This document shows, in pieces, positions 40,279 through 49,960 of a stretch of DNA of 64,000 nucleotides. The translations under genes and the position numbers were made by a program. The notes beneath the pieces were generated by a model, which saw only the letters and a list, made by a program, of their open reading frames with translations, was not told the origin of the DNA and made no database searches. Source of the DNA: Myxococcota bacterium (lineage in GTDB: Bacteria > Myxococcota > XYA12-FULL-58-9 > JABJBS01); contig JAYZAY010000061.1 of assembly GCA_036339465.1 (NCBI GenBank), forward strand, positions 16,489-80,488, written 5' to 3'. Positions within the stretch are counted from its first letter, which is position 1. Every line of letters begins with the position of its first letter.

Positions 40279-41367
40279 TGCGGTTTCACGGTAAGACGCA
40301 ATCATCGACCTTATCAATCCTTCAAATTCCGCCCCCCCCTCCTCAGGTACTAACTCAAGATCCGCAACCCAAACCTTTTCCGACGGTAAGCGATGGGACA
40401 GTCTTACCCAATCCTTGGCAGTCGTAAGTACATAACTCTCCGGATTTCGAACAGCTTCGACTATTTCTTGAACTTCTTGGTCCGAATAAAAGTGGTGATC
40501 CGAAAACTCGAGTCTACCCTTAATTGTCACCCCCAACCCCTCGAGCATTTCATAAAATCGTTGGGGCCGTGCAATCCCACTCACCAACACGAAAGAGCCA
40601 TCAGGTAATGATGGATACAAAGTGCCACAGTGAGCAAACCCTCGGAATTTTTGCGTCAAAAAGACCAAGAGAGCTTTGCCACTGTATTTTCTACTTTGAT
40701 GTTTCAACCGCACTTTGTCCCCCTCCTCCTTGACTCCCCCCACAACGCAGACGCAATCGGCTCGCTTCAAACTACTCTTGGCTTCCCGAAGGGTTCCCCA
40801 GGGCAAAAAATGACCGTTCCCAAAGGGCCGATCCCCATTTAAAACAACAATATCCAAATCCCGGGCCAATCTCCGATGCGAAAATCCGTCGTCTAGGACC
40901 AACACATTCGCCAATTTTTGCCCCTCAATTTCTCGACTACTCCAAACCCTGTCCCCCGCAATCCCCATGGGAATATCAAAACCATGCGCGAGCATCATGG
41001 CCGGTTCATCTCCCAAGACTTCCCAATGAACTTCTGTATTCACCTTTCGAATGAATGGAACCGACAATGCCCTCTTATATCCCCGAGAAAGTAACGCGGG
41101 CCGCAGGCCCTGCTCAATAATCTGTTGAATTATCCATTCCGCCACTGGAGTCTTCCCCGCTCCACCGGCGGTAAGTCCCCCAACACTGATGGTCAGCAAA
41201 GATGAACGGTAGGCTCGAAAAAAACCAAGATTAAAACAGAGGTGACGAAGACCTGCTCCGAATGCAAAAAGCACCGCCAAAGGAGCAAAGGCCGCCCCCC
41301 CACCTTCCGCAAAACGATTTGTGTTGATCGACATCATCTTTGACATCAAAGTCGTCCTTTTTGGCAC
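40261..41367 (-). CDS. lpxK: Tetraacyldisaccharide 4'-kinase
   Basis: ISVGGLTAGGAGKTP, LSRGY, GDEP, LDDGFSH, LPWGTLRE, FSDHH and TTAKD motifs; exact start uncertain. Confidence 0.92.
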   Translation of the reverse strand: MPKRTTLMSKMMSINTNRFAEGGGAAFAPLAVLFAFGAGLRHLCFNLGFFRAYRSSLLTISVGGLTAGGAGKTPVAEWIIQQIIEQGLRPALLSRGYKRALSVPFIRKVNTEVHWEVLGDEPAMMLAHGFDIPMGIAGDRVWSSREIEGQKLANVLVLDDGFSHRRLARDLDIVVLNGDRPFGNGHFLPWGTLREAKSSLKRADCVCVVGGVKEEGDKVRLKHQSRKYSGKALLVFLTQKFRGFAHCGTLYPSLPDGSFVLVSGIARPQRFYEMLEGLGVTIKGRLEFSDHHFYSDQEVQEIVEAVRNPESYVLTTAKDWVRLSHRLPSEKVWVADLELVPEEGGAEFEGLIRSMIASYRETALHKEG

Positions 41368-41471
41368 TTAGAAACTATCAGGATACCTAAAAACTAGTTG
41401 TACCCACTGTATCGGTCGTGTCACAATTTTCTCCATCCAACCCCTGGCCTAAGACCTTATAGGAGTTTCTT

Positions 41472-44039
41472 GTGAATCGCAGAACCCCAATTCTACTTTC
41501 CACTGGAATTTCTCTAATATTTGTCTTTATTCATATTGTTATTGAAGCCGGCGTATTCCACACGGGGTGGCTCTCTCAGAACAGCCCATTACGACTCTTG
41601 GAAAGGAAAGCCCTCGACTTCAAGTTCGCCAGCCAATCCAAAAAAAATCTCCCCATGCCCCAAGTCGTGGTCGCCGGTATCGACGAAAAATCCATTGATA
41701 AATACGGTTTGTGGCCGTGGAATCGCACGGTTATCGCCGACTTCATCACCCAAACAACCAAGGGAGGGGCAAAAGTCATCGCCTTTGATGTTAATTTTGC
41801 CGATGAAAATAGAGATGCCAATTACCACAGTGTGAAAACCATCCGGCAAAGTTTTGAAGCGTCATCACTTTTACCCGGAGATGATTCGCAAAAATCCATC
41901 GAGAGCTATCTTGAACAGATAAACCAGAGCCAAAGAAGCACCCAAGAGAAAATCCGTGACCTGGAAGTGGCCATAGGAAAACTCAGCTCCTCCCAAAAAG
42001 ACAGACTCAGCAATGTGTTAAGCGCACTGAGAAAGTCTTCTACAAAGGCATCAAACCTTTTAAATCAAACACAGTCTGAATTTTCACGCCTGAAACAAAG
42101 AACCTCCGCCTTCCACGAGTTTTTACAACATGAAAATAAGTCAATATCCCCCGACTATGCCCTGGCCCAAGCCATAGCCCAAAGCCCTGAAACCATATTG
42201 GGTTATCACAATTACTTCGACCTCAGTTATGTCGTTGGCGTTGAAGACGACGAAATCGACGCCAACATCAAACGAATACAAAAATCAGCCGTCGGGAAAA
42301 TATATGACCGCCTCCAAGTTCAATTAGGCGACACCATTGTGGATTCTCTAGAACCCGTAGAAGTAAATATCGAACAACTCAATCTCGGCTCTGAAATCGT
42401 CGCCGTCCAAGCCCCTCTGAAAGTCTTTGCAGAAAAGGCCAACTACTTCGGTTACTTCAACGCTCACCTAGACCCCGATGGTCCCGTGAGACAGATCCCA
42501 TTGTTACTCCGAGAAAAAAGCCGAATTTACCCCGCCCTCAGTCTACTGGCTGCCTCACGATATTTTAATTACGATATCTTTCCGTTAATTGGGCATTTAC
42601 TCCCAAACACCCTGAGCGCCATTGATTTTGGTGGGCCAAAGCCCGTTCCCACCACACCCCAAGGTATCCAACTGATAAACTACTATAAGGCACCAGAGAA
42701 ATATATTCCGACCTTCTCAATCGCCGACTTCATTGACGGCAGTCTAGCAGCACAAAACTACAAGGATAAAGTCATTTACGTCGGCATGACTGCCTTGGGG
42801 CTCTACGATATGAGACCCAACCCATTCTCCCCCAGTACCCCTGGGGTCTATATGCATGCCATGGCCACCCAAAACATGATTGACGGTAAATTCCTAGAAC
42901 GGGTTTACGGTGTGGCAATTTGGGAAGCCATTGGTTTCTTACTCATCGGTATCCTCATGGGCTGGGCACTTCCAAGATTGCCACCATGGACAGGCCTCTT
43001 GGCCACCATGATTGCTATCGTGAGCCTCTACTTACTTGATATGACCTTCATTTTTCCCAGCGGACACTGGATGTTGGTTGTTTTTCCGACGTTACAAATG
43101 CTCGCTGTTTTCCTCGGAATTACCATCTACGGCTACCTAACAGAGGGTAAAGAGAAAAAGTATATTCGCTCCGCTTTTCAGCAATACCTCAGCAAGAACG
43201 TCGTAGACGAAGTCCTTCAAGACAAAAACAAACTTTCTCTCGGTGGTGAAAAACGTGTATGCTCGGTGCTATTCAGCGACATTCGTGGTTTTACCTCAAT
43301 CAGCGAGCAACTTAGCCCCGAACAACTCACCAGTATTCTGAATGCTTACCTCAGCCCGATGACCAAAATCGTATTCCAAAACAATGGGACACTCGACAAA
43401 TACATGGGCGATGCCATCATGGCGATATTTGGCGCCCCCGTCAAATACGAGGACCATCCTGCCAACGCGGCTATTGCCGCCCTCCAAATGCTTCAATCCC
43501 TAGGGGAAATACAAGAAGCTCTAAGAGAAAAAGGACTCAAAGAAGACCTGCGCATCGGTATCGGTATTCATACCGGCGAAATGTCGGTGGGGAATATGGG
43601 ATCGGATGTTCGTTTCGATTATACTGTCATGGGTGACAACGTAAATCTTGCATCACGTCTTGAAGGCATCAACAAACAATATGGAACTGAGGTCATTGTC
43701 AGTGAATCGACCTACCGTGCTGCCGGAGCAGCGGTTTACGGTCGTAGACTCGACAGTGTAAGAGTGAAAGGAAAGCTCGAACCTATCAATATCTATGAAC
43801 TATTGGGCATTGGAGCCCCAAATCCAAACGACGAAAAATTCGTCCTGCAGTTCGAGCAAGGCTGGCAATTCTACCATGCTCAAGAATGGGACCAGGCCCA
43901 GGTTTGCTTTCAAAAAATCTATGATGATTTGCGCCCCGGCGACAAAGCATCCGAACTTTACATCAAACGATGCGAAAACATGAAAGTATCTCCCCCTGGA
44001 AAAGAATGGGACGGGGTCTTTACCATGATGACCAAGTAG
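41472..44039 (+). CDS. CHASE2-domain class III adenylate cyclase
   Basis: IDEKSIDKYGLWPWNR and DPDGPVR (CHASE2); three TM helices; FSDIRGFTSISE, DKYMGDAIM, GIGIHTG and DYTVMGDNVNLASRLE with Lys/Asp ATP-specifying residues; C-terminal WDGVF tail. Confidence 0.93.
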   Translation: MNRRTPILLSTGISLIFVFIHIVIEAGVFHTGWLSQNSPLRLLERKALDFKFASQSKKNLPMPQVVVAGIDEKSIDKYGLWPWNRTVIADFITQTTKGGAKVIAFDVNFADENRDANYHSVKTIRQSFEASSLLPGDDSQKSIESYLEQINQSQRSTQEKIRDLEVAIGKLSSSQKDRLSNVLSALRKSSTKASNLLNQTQSEFSRLKQRTSAFHEFLQHENKSISPDYALAQAIAQSPETILGYHNYFDLSYVVGVEDDEIDANIKRIQKSAVGKIYDRLQVQLGDTIVDSLEPVEVNIEQLNLGSEIVAVQAPLKVFAEKANYFGYFNAHLDPDGPVRQIPLLLREKSRIYPALSLLAASRYFNYDIFPLIGHLLPNTLSAIDFGGPKPVPTTPQGIQLINYYKAPEKYIPTFSIADFIDGSLAAQNYKDKVIYVGMTALGLYDMRPNPFSPSTPGVYMHAMATQNMIDGKFLERVYGVAIWEAIGFLLIGILMGWALPRLPPWTGLLATMIAIVSLYLLDMTFIFPSGHWMLVVFPTLQMLAVFLGITIYGYLTEGKEKKYIRSAFQQYLSKNVVDEVLQDKNKLSLGGEKRVCSVLFSDIRGFTSISEQLSPEQLTSILNAYLSPMTKIVFQNNGTLDKYMGDAIMAIFGAPVKYEDHPANAAIAALQMLQSLGEIQEALREKGLKEDLRIGIGIHTGEMSVGNMGSDVRFDYTVMGDNVNLASRLEGINKQYGTEVIVSESTYRAAGAAVYGRRLDSVRVKGKLEPINIYELLGIGAPNPNDEKFVLQFEQGWQFYHAQEWDQAQVCFQKIYDDLRPGDKASELYIKRCENMKVSPPGKEWDGVFTMMTK

Positions 44040-44058
44040 GGGTAGAGGCTCTGGCAAC

Positions 44059-45336
44059 ATGAAAGAATATGCCGAGCTTTTAACCCATCTTTACAATCGA
44101 CCTCGCGGGAAAAACAAGCTCGGCCTTGAGCTGACAAAACAACTCCTTAAGGGCTTGAATCACCCCGAGAAGAAATTTCCCGCCATACTCGTTGCTGGCA
44201 CCAATGGTAAGGGCTCAACCACAACTTTTCTTAGCCATTGTCTACAGCGAGCAGAGTTAAAAGTGGGTGTCTATACCTCACCCCATCTACTTCGATACAC
44301 AGAGCGTATTCGCATTAACGATAAACACATTGACATCTCTGCTCTCCTTCAAATCTACCAGAAAATACAAATGATTGAGAAAAATTTGGACTCCGAAGCC
44401 AGTTTTTTCGAGGCCACAACTGTCTTAGCTTTTACTTATTTTGCTCAGGAATCCGTCGATATCGCGGTACTTGAAGTAGGGCTTGGGGGGCGACTTGATT
44501 GTACAAATGTTTGTAACCGAATACTCACCCTCCTAACCCCCATCGGCCTAGACCACCAGCACATTCTGGGGGAAAGTCTTGGGGAAATAACCCAAGAGAA
44601 ACTCGGGATCATTAGAAGCAAGATTCCACTGATACCCTCTCAACAATCACCACAAGTTCAAGCCATCATCGAAGATGTCACCCACAGTCAAAATGTACCC
44701 GTCATTTCCAATTGGAAAGAGCTTCAAGAGCTAAGAAATGCACTGTGGACGTCTCCATCACCCCCAACAGACATCCATCTTCCCCCCTACCAAGAGGATA
44801 ATTTGGCAACCGCATTGACTGCATTTCGTTGCCTACAACAAACGACCACGCTTGATCTCGGTTCCGCTAAGTTAGAACCATTGGAACTCATTCGCTCCTG
44901 GAGCTGGCCAGGCCGATACCAATTCATAGACGGCACGCCCCCCATTATCATCGATGGAGCCCACAACCCAGCTGCCCTCAAAGCCCTCCACCAAGCAATT
45001 GACCTAGATCCAATTCTTAAGGACCGCCCAGCCCACTACGTCTTCTCCGCTCTGAGGACCAAAGACTTTCAATCGATGCTCGAAAACATAGGAAAACGCT
45101 CTAGTTCGATGCATTTATGCCCGCTTCCCATGGAACATGGCCTGGAAATAAAAGAACTCAAAAGCTCATTTCCCAACCAGCGAACTTACCCGAACTTTAA
45201 GGCTGCATTTGACAACGCGAAACAGAAGGCAACCCAGAATCATGGATTCGTCGTCATAACTGGATCTCTCTTTCTAGTGGCCGAGACACTCAGCGAATTA
45301 ACCCAAGCCCCCCGAGACCCCTTGGTAGCCAGCTAG
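44059..45336 (+). CDS. folC: Folylpolyglutamate synthase / dihydrofolate synthase
   Basis: VAGTNGKGST, YTSPHL, EVGLGGRLDCTN, WPGR, DGAHNP, TGSLFLV. Confidence 0.95.
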   Translation: MKEYAELLTHLYNRPRGKNKLGLELTKQLLKGLNHPEKKFPAILVAGTNGKGSTTTFLSHCLQRAELKVGVYTSPHLLRYTERIRINDKHIDISALLQIYQKIQMIEKNLDSEASFFEATTVLAFTYFAQESVDIAVLEVGLGGRLDCTNVCNRILTLLTPIGLDHQHILGESLGEITQEKLGIIRSKIPLIPSQQSPQVQAIIEDVTHSQNVPVISNWKELQELRNALWTSPSPPTDIHLPPYQEDNLATALTAFRCLQQTTTLDLGSAKLEPLELIRSWSWPGRYQFIDGTPPIIIDGAHNPAALKALHQAIDLDPILKDRPAHYVFSALRTKDFQSMLENIGKRSSSMHLCPLPMEHGLEIKELKSSFPNQRTYPNFKAAFDNAKQKATQNHGFVVITGSLFLVAETLSELTQAPRDPLVAS

Positions 45337-45450
45337 ACGAGAAATAACCACCAACAAAAGCCATTCTAACCACACCGAAAACACTCTGCAGCAAAAAACT
45401 AGAGGTCTAGCGTAGCCAATGTTAACCTCGAGCAAAGTAATCGGGGTACC

Positions 45451-45864
45451 ATGAAAAACATTATCGTTGTGGCTCTTCTTCTTAGCAGTTCGTTGACTTT
45501 GGCACAAAGCGACTCAAATAGTCTTACACCCAATGAATTTGAACGCATCGAATTTCAACAATATCGAGAAGCTTCTAGGATTAAGATACGCCTAAGCGAC
45601 TTCGCACAGTATAAAGTTCAAGAAATCAAACCGACACAATTAAGAGTTATTCTTCAAGGAACCCAAATCTATAACCGGATCAATGAGCTGCCCCTTGATA
45701 CCCGATACTTCGACAGCCCCGTACGTCTGATCACCATTCTCAACCAAGAACCACCCAATCAAAGTGTAGAAATAGATATATTCCTGAGAAAACCGACCAG
45801 ATACCGTCATTCACAACGAGAACGGTTCGTCTACCTTGATTTTGCTCGGCACTCGCTCGAATAG
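45451..45864 (+). CDS. Secreted hypothetical protein, AMIN-domain-like
   Basis: Signal peptide; beta-rich, with LPLDTRYFDSPV reminiscent of AMIN/secretin N-terminal domains. Confidence 0.55.
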   Translation: MKNIIVVALLLSSSLTLAQSDSNSLTPNEFERIEFQQYREASRIKIRLSDFAQYKVQEIKPTQLRVILQGTQIYNRINELPLDTRYFDSPVRLITILNQEPPNQSVEIDIFLRKPTRYRHSQRERFVYLDFARHSLE

Positions 45865-45927
45865 AATTTGCACTTTTTCTTTCCCACCGATAATTGAACG
45901 CCCTAACTCTCGATACATCGTTGGCTA

Positions 45928-48414
45928 ATGAGTCCCACTCACCAGCACTCTTTGTATCCTCGTTCAATTGAGACAAGTCGCGTGTTTCTAATACTGAAAA
46001 CAATATGGTTTCTAATCCTGTCCGTAGTTCTGAGCTCCCCAACTGCCTACGCCCAAAACCGTCTGAATCAATGCGACCAAATCAACATGAGCGGCGATCA
46101 ATTAAATTGTGACCAAAGCCAATGCCAACTTCAAGGCCATGCAGAAATACAATGCGATAAACTCAATCTACGCGCGGATGAGATTTGGCTCCGGTTCGAT
46201 CAAAAACAACAATTTCAGGATGCACAAGCATTCGGAAACGTTGTTCTAATCGACAAGGACCAGGTCCTAAAATGCCAGCAAATTTATCTGGGCGATGACA
46301 GAATCAAAGCAGAAATACCTTCAGCAAACCTAAAATTTCTAAAACCAGGTGCCCATCCACCCGATGGACCTGCTCGAAGTATTGTCAACGGTGACATCAC
46401 TCGGTTCTCTGATTCAAACTTCCAGCTTCGAGACGCCAATTTCACGTTCTGCGACTGCGAACAATCGCAATCACCCTCCTGGCGATTATCAAGCCCAAAG
46501 GTGGACATTGATCTGAACTCGCGGGCAACTATTTGGTGGCCAGTTTTTGAGATCAATCCTTTCAATTTGGGACTGATCCCCATCACTCCCCCCATGGCTC
46601 CCCTTTCGCTTCCCCTCGCCAAACGGGCTCCAGGCTTACTTGCGCCACTCATCCGTTTTTACCATTTTCCCTACCCAATGCTTGGAATTCCCCTCTTTGT
46701 GCCTCTCGGAAAATCCTACGACATCACCTTAACCCCCGCCATCAGATTTGACTGGGGTTCCCACGACACTTATGCCCCCAAAGATTGGGGAGCGCCAAGC
46801 GTAGAAACCAAAATTCGATTTCATCCCAAAGAATCCATTCAAGGAAACTTCGAAGTTCATTGGACATTCGACAGTGAACGTTTTGCAGCTCACCGGGCAG
46901 TGGAAAACCGCCTTCCAGATATCGACACTCCCGAAGGCTTAGAAAAACTCCATGAAACACGAACCAATAACAGTTCCATAGATGAAAATTGGCAAAACCT
47001 CACAACTGACGAAGCGCAACGGTTATTATGGAGCCAGTATGCGGAGTCGGACAGAGCCTATCAACTTCGACATCGCGTTGCCGTCAAACTCGGTACAGAT
47101 ATCGACTGGAGCGACTCCCTCTACTCTTTGATTCGGCTCAATTGGGTCTCAGACGATCTCTACCCCCGGGATTTCGCGGTTTCACTCTATGAACAAGCGA
47201 CTCATTATATCCCATCACGAGCGGTGCTCTACTTTGACTCTTCTTATTTTACCGCTCAACTGGGAGCAGATTACTACTTGCGATTGGACTCTTCCCTGCA
47301 ACCAGACCCATACAAAACAGAAAGTTCTAATATCTCCGCAGGTGAATGGGGCAGCGATCACCGGACTCCAACCTTTAAACTGGCCCTTAATCCGCTCCAA
47401 ATGGCCAAAAACCTATACGTCTACGGGAGCGCTCTCTTATCGCGTATCGGACCTTATACCGCCGGACCCTACTCCAGCATCTATTCCGGAACCCTGGGCG
47501 CTTTTTGGAGCCACAATCTCGGCATCTTCAATCTAGAACTGGAAAGTTCAGTCGATCTAATGCGACTCGAACATCACGGTGAATCCCTCAGCATCTTGTC
47601 GCCCCGAATCGGAGCCTCCCTTGAAACCATCGCCCGTGGCAAAATATTAGAACTCACGCACGAAATTATTCCATACCTTCGGTACGCCAATATTCCCTGG
47701 CAAAACCAAGTCATCCCCCAAAGCTTTGCCCTCGGTGCCCAAGCAACCCAACATGAATTCCATCAAGTCATCATTGGGCTACAACAAAGACTATTTCAAG
47801 CCAACTCCTTCCAGCAGCTCCTAGATCTCAATCTCTATCAGGGATTTGATGTTCAGACCCAAGAAACACTCTCCACCGTCGGACAGTTGAGCCTCACCCT
47901 AGGGCAGTGGCTTAATTTCCAATCGTCGGTCACCATCGATTGGCGTCGAGAAACAAAAATCCGCGACACACAACTCTCCGCTTCCATCGGTTACTTCAAC
48001 TATTTCAAGTTTTATCTGAAGTATTCGAGGTGGGCCTTAGATACAGAAAGGTTTCAAAGAAGTGCCTATGCACTGATGGGAGCAAACCAGTGGGAATGGG
48101 AGGAGAGATGGAACCACGTCCTTCAAACATCGTTCTCCTCCCGCATCTTCAATTCAATATCCATTAGGTATGGAACTGAAATACTACTTAAACGTCCCTA
48201 TGAGCCAGCCCCCCTTCAGATGCCGATTCGCCCCTACCTAACCAACCACAATGTAAGTTTAAGCTATCAGTCGCCTTGTGATTGTTGGGGGATAGGGCTT
48301 AATGTCATTGTCCGCGACCCCAATTCTCTTCCTGCCAATTTGAAATATAGCTCCGATGAAGTCACCATTTCCCTCAATATCTCGGTTGGAAACATCCAAC
48401 TTTCAAATCGCTAA
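45928..48414 (+). CDS. lptD: LPS-assembly outer-membrane protein LptD-like
   Basis: OstA-like N-terminus, FTFCDC...PSW, PGLLAP, a long beta-barrel and YQSPCDCWGI near the C-terminus; next to folC. Confidence 0.75.
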   Translation: MSPTHQHSLYPRSIETSRVFLILKTIWFLILSVVLSSPTAYAQNRLNQCDQINMSGDQLNCDQSQCQLQGHAEIQCDKLNLRADEIWLRFDQKQQFQDAQAFGNVVLIDKDQVLKCQQIYLGDDRIKAEIPSANLKFLKPGAHPPDGPARSIVNGDITRFSDSNFQLRDANFTFCDCEQSQSPSWRLSSPKVDIDLNSRATIWWPVFEINPFNLGLIPITPPMAPLSLPLAKRAPGLLAPLIRFYHFPYPMLGIPLFVPLGKSYDITLTPAIRFDWGSHDTYAPKDWGAPSVETKIRFHPKESIQGNFEVHWTFDSERFAAHRAVENRLPDIDTPEGLEKLHETRTNNSSIDENWQNLTTDEAQRLLWSQYAESDRAYQLRHRVAVKLGTDIDWSDSLYSLIRLNWVSDDLYPRDFAVSLYEQATHYIPSRAVLYFDSSYFTAQLGADYYLRLDSSLQPDPYKTESSNISAGEWGSDHRTPTFKLALNPLQMAKNLYVYGSALLSRIGPYTAGPYSSIYSGTLGAFWSHNLGIFNLELESSVDLMRLEHHGESLSILSPRIGASLETIARGKILELTHEIIPYLRYANIPWQNQVIPQSFALGAQATQHEFHQVIIGLQQRLFQANSFQQLLDLNLYQGFDVQTQETLSTVGQLSLTLGQWLNFQSSVTIDWRRETKIRDTQLSASIGYFNYFKFYLKYSRWALDTERFQRSAYALMGANQWEWEERWNHVLQTSFSSRIFNSISIRYGTEILLKRPYEPAPLQMPIRPYLTNHNVSLSYQSPCDCWGIGLNVIVRDPNSLPANLKYSSDEVTISLNISVGNIQLSNR

Positions 48415-48563
48415 ACGCGATTAAAATCGACGGACTCAATACTTGCATCTTCTTTCAGATAGAGTCATGAGACACGAAAAATATTTCTCACAACAAAAAT
48501 TACCGACCAGGATTTTGGAAGTGCCCCCTTGCCCCGTGGTAAAATGCTCAAGAAGGACAGGAA

Positions 48564-49943
48564 ATGAGTAACCACAGAGCAAAATTTCACGCAGATCTGG
48601 ATACGCCAGTCAGTGCCTATCTAAAATTGTCCACCTTGGCCCCTTACTCGTTTCTTTACGAAAGTATCGAAGGTCCTAGACAATGGGCGCGCTATTCAAT
48701 CATCGGTGTCGGCGCGGATGAAACTTTCCTTTACGAAAATAACCAACTCGTCACGAAGGTCACGCCGAAAAGACAAAACGGTCCGCAGCCTACAGAACCC
48801 CTCGAACTCATTCGAAAAGCCTACCAAGACGCCGATTTCCAAGAATTTGACGATGCCCCAAGCTTCGTCAATGGCATCTTTGGATTCCTCAGTTACGACG
48901 CAGTTAAGCATTTTGAAACTATTGGGGAACGTGAAAAAACGCCATCGGGCTGGCCAGAAGCTCTATTCATAAAACCGAGTTTAATTGCAGTCTTTGATAA
49001 CCATGCCCATAGCCTGGAACTGTTTGGGTCCACAGCCGAGATAGTGAGCGATGCAAAAAACGCGTTGAAGCGTCCAGCAGTGCCTCCATCGGAACAACGA
49101 ACTTGGCAACCACCGACCATCCTACCCAGCCGCGACAATTTTATGGAACAAATCAAGATAGCAAAAGAATACATTCGTAACGGAGATATTATTCAGGCAG
49201 TGCTCTCCCGAAAGTTTTCGCTCCCACCCTTAGCCGCCCCGTTCAACATCTATCGCGGACTCAGACTCATCAACCCCTCACCTTATATGTTCTTCTTCAA
49301 AACCCCCGACATGAACATCGCGGGAGCATCTCCAGAAGCCATGGTCAGGGTAGCGAATAACAAAATGATTGTCCGCCCCATTGCCGGCACACGGCCGCGA
49401 ACCTACGATGCCGAAAAGAATCAGCGCTTAGCCCGTGAACTACTCGCCGATCCCAAAGAACGCGCCGAGCATGTCATGTTGGTTGACCTCGGCCGTAACG
49501 ACGTGGGCCGAGTTTGCGTTCCAGGAAGTGTGAAAGTCTCCGAAATGATGACCATCGAACACTATTCCCACGTGATGCATATCGTCAGTGAAGTCCAAGG
49601 AACTCTGCCCCCAAAACTTGACGCCTTCGATGCATTAAGGGCATCATTTCCCGCTGGCACCCTGTCTGGAGCCCCGAAAATTCGAGCTATGCAAATAATA
49701 GAAGAGCTCGAACCCACTAGACGAGGTCTCTATGGAGGCGCTGTGGGCTATTTTACCCCCGACGGTCAAGGAGACTTTGGAATCGCCATCCGAACGGTGT
49801 TATCGAGAGAAGACTCTTTGGTAATTCAGGCCGGGGCGGGTATTGTGGCTGATAGCCTGCCGGAACTCGAAACCGACGAAACCGAGCACAAAGCAAAAGC
49901 CGTTCTAAAAGCAATACAATGGGGATCAGAGGTTTCGGACTAA
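48564..49943 (+). CDS. trpE: Anthranilate synthase component I
   Basis: DLDTPVSAYLKL (Trp feedback region), NPSPYMF, PIAGTRPR, KERAEHVMLVDLGRND, FPAGTLSGAPK. Confidence 0.93.
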   Translation: MSNHRAKFHADLDTPVSAYLKLSTLAPYSFLYESIEGPRQWARYSIIGVGADETFLYENNQLVTKVTPKRQNGPQPTEPLELIRKAYQDADFQEFDDAPSFVNGIFGFLSYDAVKHFETIGEREKTPSGWPEALFIKPSLIAVFDNHAHSLELFGSTAEIVSDAKNALKRPAVPPSEQRTWQPPTILPSRDNFMEQIKIAKEYIRNGDIIQAVLSRKFSLPPLAAPFNIYRGLRLINPSPYMFFFKTPDMNIAGASPEAMVRVANNKMIVRPIAGTRPRTYDAEKNQRLARELLADPKERAEHVMLVDLGRNDVGRVCVPGSVKVSEMMTIEHYSHVMHIVSEVQGTLPPKLDAFDALRASFPAGTLSGAPKIRAMQIIEELEPTRRGLYGGAVGYFTPDGQGDFGIAIRTVLSREDSLVIQAGAGIVADSLPELETDETEHKAKAVLKAIQWGSEVSD

Positions 49944-49960
49944 AAAGAAAAGGTGATTGT

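Noticed and set aside
48415..48563. trp attenuator / leader peptide
   Set aside because: The short upstream ORF from ATG 48467 has no Trp codons, and no terminator/antiterminator pair is evident.
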